Positions 14,050 to 26,530 of a DNA stretch of 64,000 bases are shown here, one piece after another (within the stretch, counting starts at the first letter, position 1; each line of letters begins with the position of its first letter). The DNA comes from Octopus sinensis (Eukaryota): positions 133,734,001 to 133,798,000 of the forward strand of contig NC_042998.1 of the NCBI RefSeq assembly GCF_006345805.1, in the 5' to 3' direction. The notes under the pieces were generated by a model. The model worked only from the letters and a program-made list of their open reading frames with translations, searched no databases and was not told where the DNA came from. A program made the position numbers and the translations under genes.

Positions 14050-17000
14050 AATATAAGAATAGAAATTTCTAAAGATGGAGATTATGAATATGACAATAAC
14101 GTAAAGGTCGAAATAGTTAAAAATCGATAGATCTTTTTATGCACCAGCGAAAGACACTCCCGATGATAAATACTTTGAGGTAAAAAGCATCAACAATAAA
14201 ATTGCAAGCCTGGCCATTTTAGATTAATGAAAACAAACGCAAACATCAATACCACCAGAAAAAAAAACTAAATTACATCGTCAGCAGCCACGCAAGTTTC
14301 GAAGGAAAATGGATAAGTGCTTAGATCCACTCATTTATAAAATAAAAGATAAAAGATGAAAGGTAACTTAATTCTTAAAGAAACCAACATAGAACAGACA
14401 CAGATAATGAAAGAAGCAAAGGGAGTGGGTGAATACTATAGAAATATCTTGTAACCATGGGGCATCTGAAGAAAGGTATATCTTCACTAAACTGAGATGA
14501 AAGGTATAGCTTCACATCATTAAGCTGAGACTCAGTCGTTAGGAAAAACGACACCAATTTACTGAGCAAAGTGAACACTTCGAGAACTAGGTAATACGAT
14601 AGAAAATCAACACAACACAAACATCAAGGGAATAGAGAATAATCGGGAGGAAGATAATGAACAGCAAAGGGATCATCATGGACAAGACGGTTCAAACCAA
14701 CAAGTGAAGTACCTGAACAGTAGAAAGGAAACCTGAGAAAAGGCGTAGGTTAGACGATACAAAATACACGAATAGGTGGAAAATACCCGGAAATAATCAT
14801 ATTCCAAACCTGTTGCAATATTTAATATGCACACACAAAAGGCTGGTATAAATATTTAATAACCTTTTGAAAAAAGACGGAAGCATCACCTGAATGGCTG
14901 ACTGAAAAGAAAACCATTTTGTTCAGCAATATTTAATAAAAGGACCGACATATCCTAAAGCTACATGACCGTAACCAGCCAGCTATCCTACAAAGAGTTA
15001 ACTATTTGATAAGTAGAAACCCGTTTCCAGAAATGCAGAAGGTGCATATGAATTAATGACTAACCGTAGACTGTAGGAGAGAGAGGGATCTCTAAGCATG
15101 AAATATATAGAATACCTCAAAATGTATTCTGTTGTGTGGTAAGAAGCTTGCTTCCCAACCACATGGTTCTGGGTTCAGTTCCACTGCCTGGCACCTAGAG
15201 CAAGTGTTTTATACTATAGCTTTGGGCCGACCAACACCATGTGAGAGGATCTGGTAGTCGGAAACTAAAAGAAGCCTTTCGAATATATATATTTTTTTGT
15301 GTGTTTGTGTCTGTGTTTGTCCCCCATCGCTTAACAACCGGTGTTGGTGTGTTTACGTCTCCGTAACTTAGTGGTTTTACAAAGAGATCGATAAAATAAG
15401 TATTAGGCTTACAAAGAATAAGTCCTGAGGTCGATTTATTTGACGAAATCCTTTGAGGTGGTGTTCCAGCGCAGCTGCAGTCAAATGACTGAAACAAGTA
15501 AAAGAATAAAAGAATTAGTGTTACCCACATGTGAATCCTAGATACATAAGTGATGAGCAAATTATCACCAGTAAGCAAGTATACTGAATATATCATTGGT
15601 AAATGGTAGACTCTGTATATAAGGATAAAAGTAGGAATTATAAAAAGTAACACCCATCACTGAATGGATCTCTCTCCCCTCTCTCTCTCTCTCTCTCTCT
15701 GCACTCCTTTTCTGCCAAGCGCTGTTACTTATAGCCAACATATTAATCGAGACTAAACTCGCGAACAAATGCTATGGAATGACAATCAACCATCTTTTGT
15801 ATATGGACGTAATCCATTTGCTAATAAACAAGTAGAAACACTACTGTAGACAGTATATGGAGTTGGTATTATATGGTCCTGATTAGAAAAATGCGTCAAT
15901 GCAATTTTTAAGAGAGAGAAATTAATTAAAAATACTCGTGTTTTGAATTAATTTTTAAAATAATACAATAGAATTAGAAACAAATGCAGACTTACAAATA
16001 CACAGGAATTAATAAACACACTCAAATGAAAGAAAATGTATGAAAAGAATATGAAAGACGCATTAGATTAATACACAAAACGGATCTAAATACAAAACAT
16101 ATCTGCTAGCATGCATCAATATTAAAGCTGCCTCAGAAAAAGTTATACGCTAAAAGAATTAGTAAGACTAGAACGAGAAGAGAATAATAGAAAGTAATGA
16201 CTACCTTCAGAATATTGTGAGGTGGGAGTTTTCTGTAAGTTGAAATTAATTTATTATAAAATATCTGCTGTCGTACTACAAAAGTATCTAGTAAAGAACG
16301 AAACATGAAAAACTGATTTTGTCGTTAAGAAAGCGAATAAATGTAAAACAGGCTGAGATGATAGTATGAAAACAAAGCAAAGTCAACAATAGAAATTGTT
16401 TTAAAAAACGTAACAACTTACGTAGCTGAAAACGAACTGATAAAACAGTGACAAGGAGTGGCCTTACATGAACAACATCTGGAAAAACTTTTAAGAAAAT
16501 ACAGTACTGGCTAAGATGTACGGGTTTGAAACTGCGCCTGAAGCATTTCTTATTGTAGCACAGGACCAATACCATCTCACCAGAAAAACCATAAACATGA
16601 ACTGAAGCATAATAAACTAAGTAACTATAGTAGGTTGGGAAGAAACAATCACATTGTTTCCTGCTGCCCTGAGTAAGAGATAAAACACATGCAGACACTA
16701 CAGAATTGTAGCTTATAAACACTAGAAATTAAGAAACCGTCTCAAATACTACCAGATAAGTGATATTATAAATATACCCCCAGAAAATGTCTCAGAAAAC
16801 GGCAACTCGACAATACTTTGGGATATGTGAGTGTACACGCAACAAGACAAATAATCCAGATATTATTACCAAGACTGCTAGGATAGAAAGTGTACTCCAA
16901 TAGAACTAGCTATCACAACAGGTAATAATGCATCACTGAAAGAAATAGAAAGATCATTCAAACATAAGATTTTGAAACTGAAGAGATCAGAATGTTGGAT

Positions 17001-17160
17001 TAAGACTAAAATTATCTCTATAATCATAGATGTCTTGAGAAACAGTTAAAACAAAAGATACAGACTCGTGCATAACCATAGCATCAGAACTTACATATGC
17101 AAAGAGCTATAGAAAGTGTCACTTCTAGATACTGCATAGATATTACGTATAATACTGTCA
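14050..17160 (+). mobile_element. Highly decayed Dong/R4-like LINE (RT to endonuclease), split by a SINE
   Basis: Remnant peptides PEWLTE..TIL (~14890), YKYTPENVSENGNSTILWD (~16770), NPDII, ELAITTGNNASLKEIE (~16900); many stops. Confidence 0.5.
15130..15514 (+). mobile_element. OR/CORE-like tRNA-SINE copy
   Basis: Collinear with 9174-9590. Confidence 0.85.
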
Positions 17161-18846
17161 ATACAATAGAAAGCAAAAATAGAGAGCTGCGCTTGGGAGT
17201 GTTATAAAAGCACCCAATAAAAATAATTATAAAATTTGTAATTATAACGGTTTCTTTTCTTGCCTCAAAACAGTTGGACTTTCATATTGAGTGTGGTAGG
17301 AACAGCAAGTGGAAACAAACAAAATTATCTCACACGAAATATATTGCATGTGTGTCCCAATAGATGGAAAATAATTTGGGGGTTATTGGTGTATCCTAAA
17401 ATTGCCTTATTGTCTATTTCAAGTACGGCTCCCTCTCTGCACCAAAGTTTAAACTGAAAGGTTTATATACTCTAATCGCACATTTTCTTGGCTGCAATGA
17501 AACAGAAATGTTTCATTTTTATCCATCTGACGTTCAGTATACTCACTCGTTATCTATAAAATTTGCCGTTCATTTTCCTCTTCACCGTCACTTCGAAAAC
17601 TATTTGAAAACTTTCATGAGAGCTTAAGTGGAGAGTAAAAATATCTACAGTCAACACGCTCAATCCAGTCAATGATACTGCTTTTCCACAAAAACTACAA
17701 AATTTGCGAGAAGGGTATAGTTAAAGAGATTCCACCCACCCCAAATATCGCTCCTGGTATCGTATTTTCTCGACGCTGAAATGCAAAATCGACTTCTGCG
17801 ATATTTCAACCGAAACGCAAAAGAGTGTATTTAAATAGCGCAGCTCATTTTGCTCACCCTACTCAACTGATATTTCTATTTACTGCCCTCATCGACCCAA
17901 ATGTGTTACAGGTACATGTTTTATCAGACTAACAAAAAAAATCCACTGGTTAAGACGGTAGTCTGTGATTTAAGAGAGATTCAGCTGCAATTTGAATCAG
18001 GTCGAGCAATTTCGCAGGAGGCGCCTATTGTTAAAGGGTAAGCAGAGATATACCCGTACATCATTCACCATTCATCATTCATTACCTGTTTTAGGTTATC
18101 TATTGAAATTCATTAAATTCACTTTCTCTTCTAGCACCTTTTATTTTTAATCGTCAAGAATTATGACTTCCCATATCCCCCACCCCGCTTTAATGTTTGA
18201 CATTTTATATTATAGAGAAAAGAAACCAGTATTGTTAGCGGGAAACAGCTAGGAAGGAAAAAAACATTCACTTCAAGCGTTGTGCACTTAGAAACAACCT
18301 ATAGAATGCTAACAGGTGCTAGGAATTCCAGATCAGCACTTTTCAATAGTTTGGGCGTTCTCTGGTAAGGAGATAAAAAAACACTTTATTCATAATATAT
18401 TTATGATAATCCCCTTTCTATCTTTCTTTCTTTGCCTCTCTCTCCCTCTTTCTCCTTTTTCACGCTTTAGTTCTATTTGTACCTATCGCTGTTTTTTCTT
18501 GTGTTTATGAGCCGAGCTTACTAACAAAATACTTACCTTGCTATTTATTTATATATTTATCTACTTACGTACACAACTCCTACACCCGTTTTGCTTCCTT
18601 TATTCATATCTATCAGAACTTCACTCTTTGTGTCTCAAGTCTCTCTCCCCACCACTTCCACACGCACATATATTTATACATACTTAGGTGTATATGTACT
18701 TATACGTGTGTATACATGCGTATGTATGTGTATATAAATATATGTATATATACATTATATAAATATATATATATATATAGAGAGAGAGAGACAGAGAGAG
18801 AGACAGAGAGACAGAGAGACAGACAGACAGACAGAGAGACAGAGAG

Positions 18847-18888
18847 AAGAAGAAGAAGAAGAAGAAGAAGAAGAAGAAGAAGAAGAAG

Positions 18889-18918
<30 letters not shown>
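18847..18918. repeat. (GAA)n preceded by (GA)/(GACA) repeats
   Basis: Direct reading. Confidence 0.95.
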
Positions 18919-18919
<1 letters not shown>

Positions 18920-19306
18920 TTAGATATTCAGGAAGTGTACTGCGGTAAATACTTTACAGTATTTGGTTTTCCTCATCAGTTGTATTTTAGGTTCGAATCC
19001 TGTCAAAGTTGATAGAACAAGTAGTAATGATATACTGGATTCCACTATCTAGCTCTATCTTTCAAAAACTGATCTTGTGTAACATGATAAAGATATCAAT
19101 ATATGTGAGTTTGATATATGTGGATTTAGGTATTTGTGTGCATAATACGGGTCATATACCTTAACTCAGTTGTGCTTGTCGTCCGGTATTTTAATTTAAC
19201 CAATGACTGGCATATTTGGTCTATCATATCTATGCACATTCCAGAGTGTGGCCTTGGTAGAACTGGTAAGAGGCCGACAAGATCCTTAACGGTATTTTAT
19301 AGTATA

Positions 19307-19545
19307 AAGGCGGCGATCTGGCAGAAACGTTAGCACGCCGGGCGAAATACTTTGTGGTATTTCGTCCACCGCTGCGTTCTGAGTTCAAATTCCGCCGAGG
19401 TCAACTTTACCTTTCATCCTTTCGGGGTCGATAAATTAAGTACCAGTTACGCACTGGGGTCGATGTAATCGACTTAAACCGTTTGTCTGTACTTGTTTGT
19501 CCCCACTATGTTTAGCCCCTTGTGGGTAGTAAAGAAATAGGTATT
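19307..19545 (+). mobile_element. tRNA-SINE with MetaSINE/Sauria-like core
   Basis: aaggcggcgatctggcagaaacgttagc head, gagttcaaattcc B box, ctttcatcctttcggggtcgataaattaagtaccag core. Confidence 0.85.
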
Positions 19546-20189
19546 TAGTAGTATACGTTTAAGTTCTATTTTCGTTAAGATCAACTTTGCCTTTCTATCC
19601 TTCTGGGATCGATAAAATAAGTAAATAAGTAATCTTGAAATACAGATGTTTATATATTCGACTATACTCATCACCCAAATTTGAAGACTTGTTCTTATAT
19701 TAGTAGGTATAAAAATACACATTTTGATACTATGTTAGTGTTGAATGAAATTATGGAACTTAGAAAAACCTTGGTTCTAGGTTAATTACACTCACCTTGT
19801 TACTCCACTTTCTTATATGTAATGATTTATAAGCAAGCAGTTAGTGATAAGTAAGTTTAGTGAAGTAAATGAAAATTCCATTAGCATCAAAGGCCTTTGG
19901 AAAACCACTAGATATTTTGATTTGGTGGACTATAGTCTGCCCTAATGTTTGTAACCGAAGGGAAGAAGTGGTTTGGGTTCAGAAGTATATTTATGCATGA
20001 AGTTGTGCTTAGGCAAAATCTATTTGTATTTGAACGGAATGGAAAATATTTGCACATAGCCCAGACTGGCGCGAACACTATCCGAATTCATTAGAATGAA
20101 AAGACAAACCATAAATTGTCTTGTGGTCGAAATCAGGAGTTAAAACCAGCTTGGTCGAGCTTACGGCCCCTTATAAGAGTAATACAGTT

Positions 20190-20380
20190 GTGTATTTAAG
20201 AGATGAGGAATTATGTACATTATTTACATTATTTACAATTGACGGATATTTGTCCTCATCTTGTTTGTTGTTAACACAACGTTTCAGCTGATATACCCTC
20301 CAGCCTTCATCAGGTGTCTTGGGGAAATTTCGAACCTGGGTTCTCATTCCTAAAGTATTTTTCGATGTTGTTGTTGTTGC

Positions 20381-20466
<86 letters not shown>

Positions 20467-20535
20467 TCACTGCTTGGAAACGAACTCGGAGTCTTGGGGT
20501 TAGTAGCCCACGCTCTTAACCACTATGCCATATGC
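20190..20535 (-). mobile_element. tRNA-headed SINE-like element containing a hammerhead ribozyme
   Basis: Minus strand: tggcatagtgg A box, gagttcgtttcc B box, (AAT)n, then HHR and 3' tail. Confidence 0.7.
20274..20317 (-). ncRNA. Minimal type I hammerhead ribozyme
   Basis: ACAC-CUGAUGA-A-GGCUG-gagggtatat-CAGCU-GAAA-C-GUU-GUGU: stem I ACAC/GUGU, stem II, palindromic ACGU stem III. Confidence 0.8.
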
Positions 20536-21274
20536 AACACCAATTTAAGGTGGAAGAACTGACAACAGTGAGGTACCGTTGCACAGTACAGATAGTAGAA
20601 GTTGGCACATGAGAGTTTGTTGCAGCCTTCATGTGCCAATTTCTAGTTCAGCTCAAAATCAAAGGTCGCAAAGCAAAAGTGACAATGAAATGCCTGTCAG
20701 AGATTGCTGAGAAGAACTTCATGTGGCTATGGGAAAGAGGAACTCCAGCTGAAGCTCTAGAGCTGCAAAGGAATGGTGCAAGCCGCCATACATTGTAGGA
20801 GGTAAATCTATTTTGAAATAGGTCCACAGTATTTTGTGGTGGTCTTCGTGGTCGGGCGACACAAACCACAGTCCAGGGAAATAAGACTACCCGAAGGTCC
20901 CGAGTTCAATCCACACTCAAGATGACATTTCAAAAATAGCTGGAGGACACTTAGGAATCATGGCCTTAGCGGAACCTACTCCATTAAAGTGTCAGGAATT
21001 AACGACCCAAAGCACTCGTTTGAAAGTTCTTCCTCTAAAGATCTCTCCTATTTTCCTCTCGCTCCATAACGAGCTATTTTAGCAGAAAACATCATCTTCT
21101 GGTCTTCGTGTCTGTAATAGAGTTTACTTTGTTGCAATCATGTAGATAAGCCATTCAGTTTCCTTAGCGCATATATTCCTCAGCTCATGAACTCTAAATG
21201 CATGAAAATGAGCATCAGTCTTGTCCATTTTATTAGTATAGAGTATGAGAGGTATGAAAATACAATACTTAATA

Positions 21275-21441
21275 TAGGCGTAGGAGTGGCTGTGTAGTAA
21301 GTAGCTTGCTTACGAACCACATGGTTCCGGGTTCAGTCCCACTGCGTGGCACCTTGGGTAAGTGTCTTCTACTATAGCCTCGGGCCGATCAAAGCCTTGT
21401 GAGTGGACTTGGTAGACGGAAATTGAAAGAAGCCCGTCATA

Positions 21442-21506
<65 letters not shown>

Positions 21507-21755
21507 TGTGTGTGTGTGTGTATGTGCATGTTTGTGTGTCTATGTTTGTCCCCCTAGCGTTGTTTGACAACCGATGCTGGTGTGTTTACGTCCCCGTAAC
21601 TTAGCGGTTCGGCAAAAAAGAGACCGATAAAATAAGTACTAGGCTTACAAAGAATAAGTCCTGGGGTCGATTTGATTGACTAAAGGCGGTGCTCCAGCAT
21701 GGCCACAGTCACATGACTGAAACAAGTAAAAGAGAGTAAAAGAGAGTAAAGAGAG
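21275..21755 (+). mobile_element. OR/CORE-like tRNA-SINE, full length
   Basis: Collinear with 9174-9590; AAGAGAGT tail. Confidence 0.88.
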
Positions 21756-22659
21756 TTACACTTTGTCCTGAAAATGGTACAGGGCACTTCCGTGTTAAGT
21801 TTTTTTTTTTAGCTCAACTATACGAAAGAAATCGAATCACCAATATTTTGTTTGGTAGTCATGTGTTTAATAGTGAGTTTTTCTTATGATTTATATTATA
21901 TTGTATCTAAAAATAAAATAAAAGAAGAAATCACACAACGTCTGTGCAATGTTAAGACCCGTGTTCCAGGTGACAGTGTAACCGACTTAGCTGCAAAAAC
22001 TTAACATTGCCGTTAAAAAATTATAAAACTGTAGTTAACGATATTAGACAAATTAATTCTTGACAAGCGAAATACATTAGGCGGGACGAAAGGAATATAA
22101 CAACCAATATGAACAGCTATATTTATTATATATTGCCAGGTTATTAACCTGTAAATTAATTAACCTCTTTTACACATTATCTCGGCATCTCCTAGCTTCC
22201 CTGTTCTCCATCTTCTGTAATTCTTTCTGTCCCCCCACCCCGCTTCTATCTTACCAAATCATTTTTTCTCCCTTTTTCGCTCTCTCCCTCCCCTTCTTTC
22301 TACACCCACGTGTACACCCCCTTCCCCACCACACACACATCTCTCTTCCTTTCCATTTCTTTCCCCTGCTCAATTTCATAACTTCTATGACGTGTTGTAA
22401 GAATCTGCTTTCTTTCAGATTTGACAAATACCTTCTTGTTAGATAAATCAAACATATTTTAAGACAAGCTTTTAAAAACAGTGATCATCATCATTTTCAT
22501 CAGCAGTATAGTATCAGAAGTAGTAACGATAGAATATACTACAACCGTGGCACCATCCTTGCCATTTATAACATACATGTAAAAACAAAAAAATACGATA
22601 ATTTTATTTCTGAACATGCATGACTCTTTCAACAAGAATATGCAACTTTAAATAAGTAG

Positions 22660-23030
22660 GCGACGAACAAACTCCCTCTGGATACGACGCCAGTCCTCGG
22701 ACACTTTTAACATGCACACGCCATCCACCTCAGTCCTACATTAGCTGTGAGAGGTCTTCGAGGAGGCATCCAGTGTCTCTGGTAAATTGAACAACATATA
22801 TTATGTTCAGTCGACTCGCTCGAGTACAGTCATACTTTGGCGTCCATAGCAGTAGGTCACTTTCTAGCTTTTGTTCAGCTTACCAGTAATGACCAGCAAT
22901 GTACAAACACCGTTCCCTTATGTTGGTGGAATCAGACAGATCTCCATACAGCTAGTCCACTTCATGAGAAATCTAGTACGTATTCTCAAAATCTAGATTA
23001 CAGGATCATGCACTCGTCCTAAATTCACAA
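22660..23030 (-). mobile_element. RTE/RTEX-like LINE 3' coding end
   Basis: Minus frame LYGDLSDSTNIRERCLYIAGHYW..SDLLLWTPKY..QFTRDTGCLLEDLSQLM..WR. Confidence 0.6.
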
Positions 23031-23404
23031 ATAAGTGCTATATGATCAGTCTTTAAGCACTAATAGTATCATCATCATCATCGTCGTCGTTGTCGTCACG
23101 GGTAGTCCATCGGCAACGTTGATGATTATGGATATGGGATGCCCGGAATTTTAGTATCAAATATAAAGCGTCCTCAGCCACGAATATCGTTTTACATCTG
23201 CGAATATCCTGTCATGTTACGTCATGTTATATATTTGTTCCTCAGTTGAGAATCTACTCAGATTTCTTGTACCGATTCTTGTCACTGATTGGAGTATTAG
23301 TCTTCCCAACCCTAAGTACGGGCTAATGAAATCCAATTCTGGTGACCTCTTCTACTAAATTTGTAATCATGTAACAAAGAAAGCGGTTATTATTGTTATT
23401 ATTA

Positions 23405-23600
23405 TTACGGCAATCAAAATGGTGGCAAGCCAGCAAAATCGTTAACAAAATGTACAAAACGCTTAGCGGCATTTCTGCTGGTTTTACGTTCTGAGTTCAA
23501 GTGCCTTTCGTCGTTTTGTGGTCGATGAAACATGTACCAGTTAAGCACGGGTGGTGAAGGTGTGATATAACCCACTATTCTCCTCCCACTAAATTCCACT
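23405..23600 (-). mobile_element. Meta-core-like tRNA-SINE, degenerate
   Basis: Family motifs ttttacgttctgagttcaa, gtaccagtt, gcttagcggcatttc present in rearranged orientation. Confidence 0.45.
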
Positions 23601-23804
23601 TTTGATGCCCAGAGTAATAAGGGGTATTACAGCTATCAAAGGCACCGTACGTTAGAGCCTCTGCTAAAATGCCTTGAGGTAGTTATTCCGATTCCTCAGG
23701 TTCTCATTTGAAGTACCATCGAGGTCAACTATGGCTTTCATCCTTCCGAATGTCTAGTACTGTGTTCGATGGTATTGGCAAAGGCTATCTTGTTGTTGTT
23801 GTTG

Positions 23805-23855
<51 letters not shown>

Positions 23856-24039
23856 TTGTTGATGGTGACAACGACAACAACGATGATGATCATGATGATC
23901 ATGATCATGATCATGATGACGACGACGACGATGATAATGGTGATGAAGAGGATACGGGTGAGGGTTATGATGACGGCAACGACGATTATGATGTTGATTC
24001 AGAGCGTAGTTCAGTAGCTAACTTTCGAAATCCTATATA

Positions 24040-24508
24040 CGTGGCCTGATCAATAAATATCCGACGTTAAAACATGGAGTGTGAAGCAACTTGGCACAGA
24101 TTGACCTTGAACTCTGCTGCGCATGCGCAGAGCAGAGTTCTAGCTTACTTCCGCTGTTTATAGCAGTGCTTGGAAGGAACGGGTGTAGCGTGTGATCGTC
24201 GCACTGACCATGACAGAGAAACTTCAGCAGAGAATCTGCATCAAATTTTGCCAGAAGCTTGGCGATACCTGCTCAGAGGCCTACGCAAAATTTTTTTAAA
24301 GTCTTCATTGTTCTCGATACAATCAAGATCTTATGCAACTGAAACCCGAGTAAATTTTTGGTCGGCTGAAAACAGTTTTGGCGCACACTTGGCAGACACG
24401 CGTCTCATACCCAAATCTTCAATCATAATGGACTGAACTGAACCGTAACTAATTTGCACATCTTCTGATAACTTACGGATAGTGATTCGACGATTACCCC
24501 TCACAGCT
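24040..24508 (+). mobile_element. Truncated copy of fold-back mariner derivative
   Basis: TA + TIR cgtggcctgatcaataaatatccg; MTEKLQQRICIKFCQKLGDTCSEAYAK; same inversion junction as 24779-25669. Confidence 0.8.
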
Positions 24509-24553
24509 TATATATCTTGTTATTTCGCTCTCGTTCTCACGTTCCCTTTCTCA

Positions 24554-24635
<82 letters not shown>

Positions 24636-24778
24636 ATATATATGTGTGTGTGTATACAAAAATATATATACACACACATACATACATACACACATATAAC
24701 TAGCATATAACTATAAACTTGCAAATGTATATATCAAATCAAATAAGTTCATTAAATATATATGCATATCGAAATGTA

Positions 24779-25669
24779 TGAGGTCTGATCAATAAATATC
24801 CGGACTGTTGCTATTGTAATGATGCTAAGGCACGCAGAGTAAAGTCGCTTGACACAGATTGACCTTGAACTCTGCTGTGTATGCGAGCTAAGTTTTAGCG
24901 TTCTAGCTCACTTCCGTTGCTTATAGCAGTGCTTGGAATGAACATGTGTTGTGTGTGATCGTCGCATTGACCATAACAGAGAAAGTTGAGCAGAGAATCT
25001 GCATCAAATTTTGCCAGAACCTTGATGATACCTGCTTAAAGGCCTACGCAAAGTTTTTAAAAAGTCTCCATTGTTCTCGATGCAATCAAGATCTTGTACA
25101 ACTGAAACCCGAGTGTCATTTTGGTCAGCTGAAAGCAGTTTTGGCACAAACTTGGCAGACACGCGTGTCATACCCAAATCTTCATTCATAATGGACTGAA
25201 CTGAACCGTAACTAATCTGATCAGCCTTTGATAACTCACGGATGGGGATTCCATGATTTTTCTCTCACAGCTCCACGCACGTCTGCGATGTTTTTCTCAG
25301 TTCTGCTGGTTGCGGATCTCCTAGAACGTTCGTCGATATCGACATTTTGTCGGCCATCTTGGAAACGTGTGAACCACTAGTACAGTAGCGTGCGGCTCAT
25401 ACACTCCTTTCCATACACTTTCTGCAACTCTGCGTAGGCCTGTGAGCAGGTATAGCCATGGGAGCATTCTGTCATCGTCAATGCGATGATCACACCCTAG
25501 ATACCTTCCTTCCAAATACTGTTGTAAACAGTGGAAGTGAGCAAGAACGTTAAAATTTAGTGCGCATGCACAGCAGAGTTCAATATCAATTTTTAGAAAA
25601 CGGTTTCACTCTGTGTGCTTTAGCATCGTTGCTATGGCAACAGTCCGGATATTTATTGATCAGACCTCG
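24779..25669. mobile_element. Non-autonomous mariner/Tc1 fold-back element (891 bp)
   Basis: TIRs (t/c)gaggtctgatcaataaatatccggactgttgc at both ends flanked by TA; + arm QRICIKFC, - arm WFTRFQDGR..MNEDLGMTRVSAKFVPKLL. Confidence 0.92.
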
Positions 25670-26490
25670 TATGCTCTCTTGAGAGAGCATATATAGAATA
25701 ATATAGTTGCGGGTTCACTGCACGTTGGAAAAAACTCGGAATGGTCATGATTGGGATGGCTCTGCTTGTAGTTCTGCTTATTGAAGGTTGACCTCGATTT
25801 AAAACCACTAGTTCTCAGCCCTTTGGGATCCACATAAGATTTTGTTAAAACTTATGCACAATAAACTTATATTTCTGCAATGCAAAAAATATTTAAACAA
25901 TTTTTCCTACAGTTCCTAATAACATTTAATCATAAAAATATATTTGCAGTTTTTAGATATCGAATAGCTATGAGGGTTCCCACCACACACACACACACAC
26001 ACCGAGTAAAAAAGGAATGAAAATGATCATGAGTAAAAATTGTTCAGAATCACTTATTTCAACAAACGCAATAACAACTTCGAAACATAAAATTCAGACT
26101 TTAGCTGTTTGATTTTGAACATTTGTTTTAGTGTTATTATGACAGACACATGTCTCGGTGTTCCGTCAATTACAAATCTGGTCTAAACTGCGATACTTCT
26201 CGATTTTATTTTCCGATTGAACTCTTTGGCCTTGAATACCTCGCCGCCACCACTATCACCACTGAGAAATAACTAGGTCAATTATTTTAGCTGCCTTGTA
26301 TTTTTGTGTTTGTTTTTGATGCTATTGAAGCTTTTGCTTTCTTATTGTTGATTGTTGATGTTGTTTTTGTTCCTCCGGTATAATTATATTGGGCTTCCCT
26401 TGTCACTTTCCTTCTAACAACTGTCGTAATTGCTATGTGCCGCACATAAACATCAATTATCGCTCATATTGATTCCGATACTGCTGCTGT

Positions 26491-26530
<40 letters not shown>

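Noticed and set aside
20596-20646. ~16 bp hairpin followed by CTAG-T (Helitron 3' end or pre-miRNA)
   Set aside because: The CTAG overlaps the extended stem and no matching 5' TC end was found; no known miRNA was recognised.
23780-23995. Poly-Ala/Asp ORF from compound trinucleotide repeats (similar at 62500-62690)
   Set aside because: Simple-repeat mosaic without splice or coding context.
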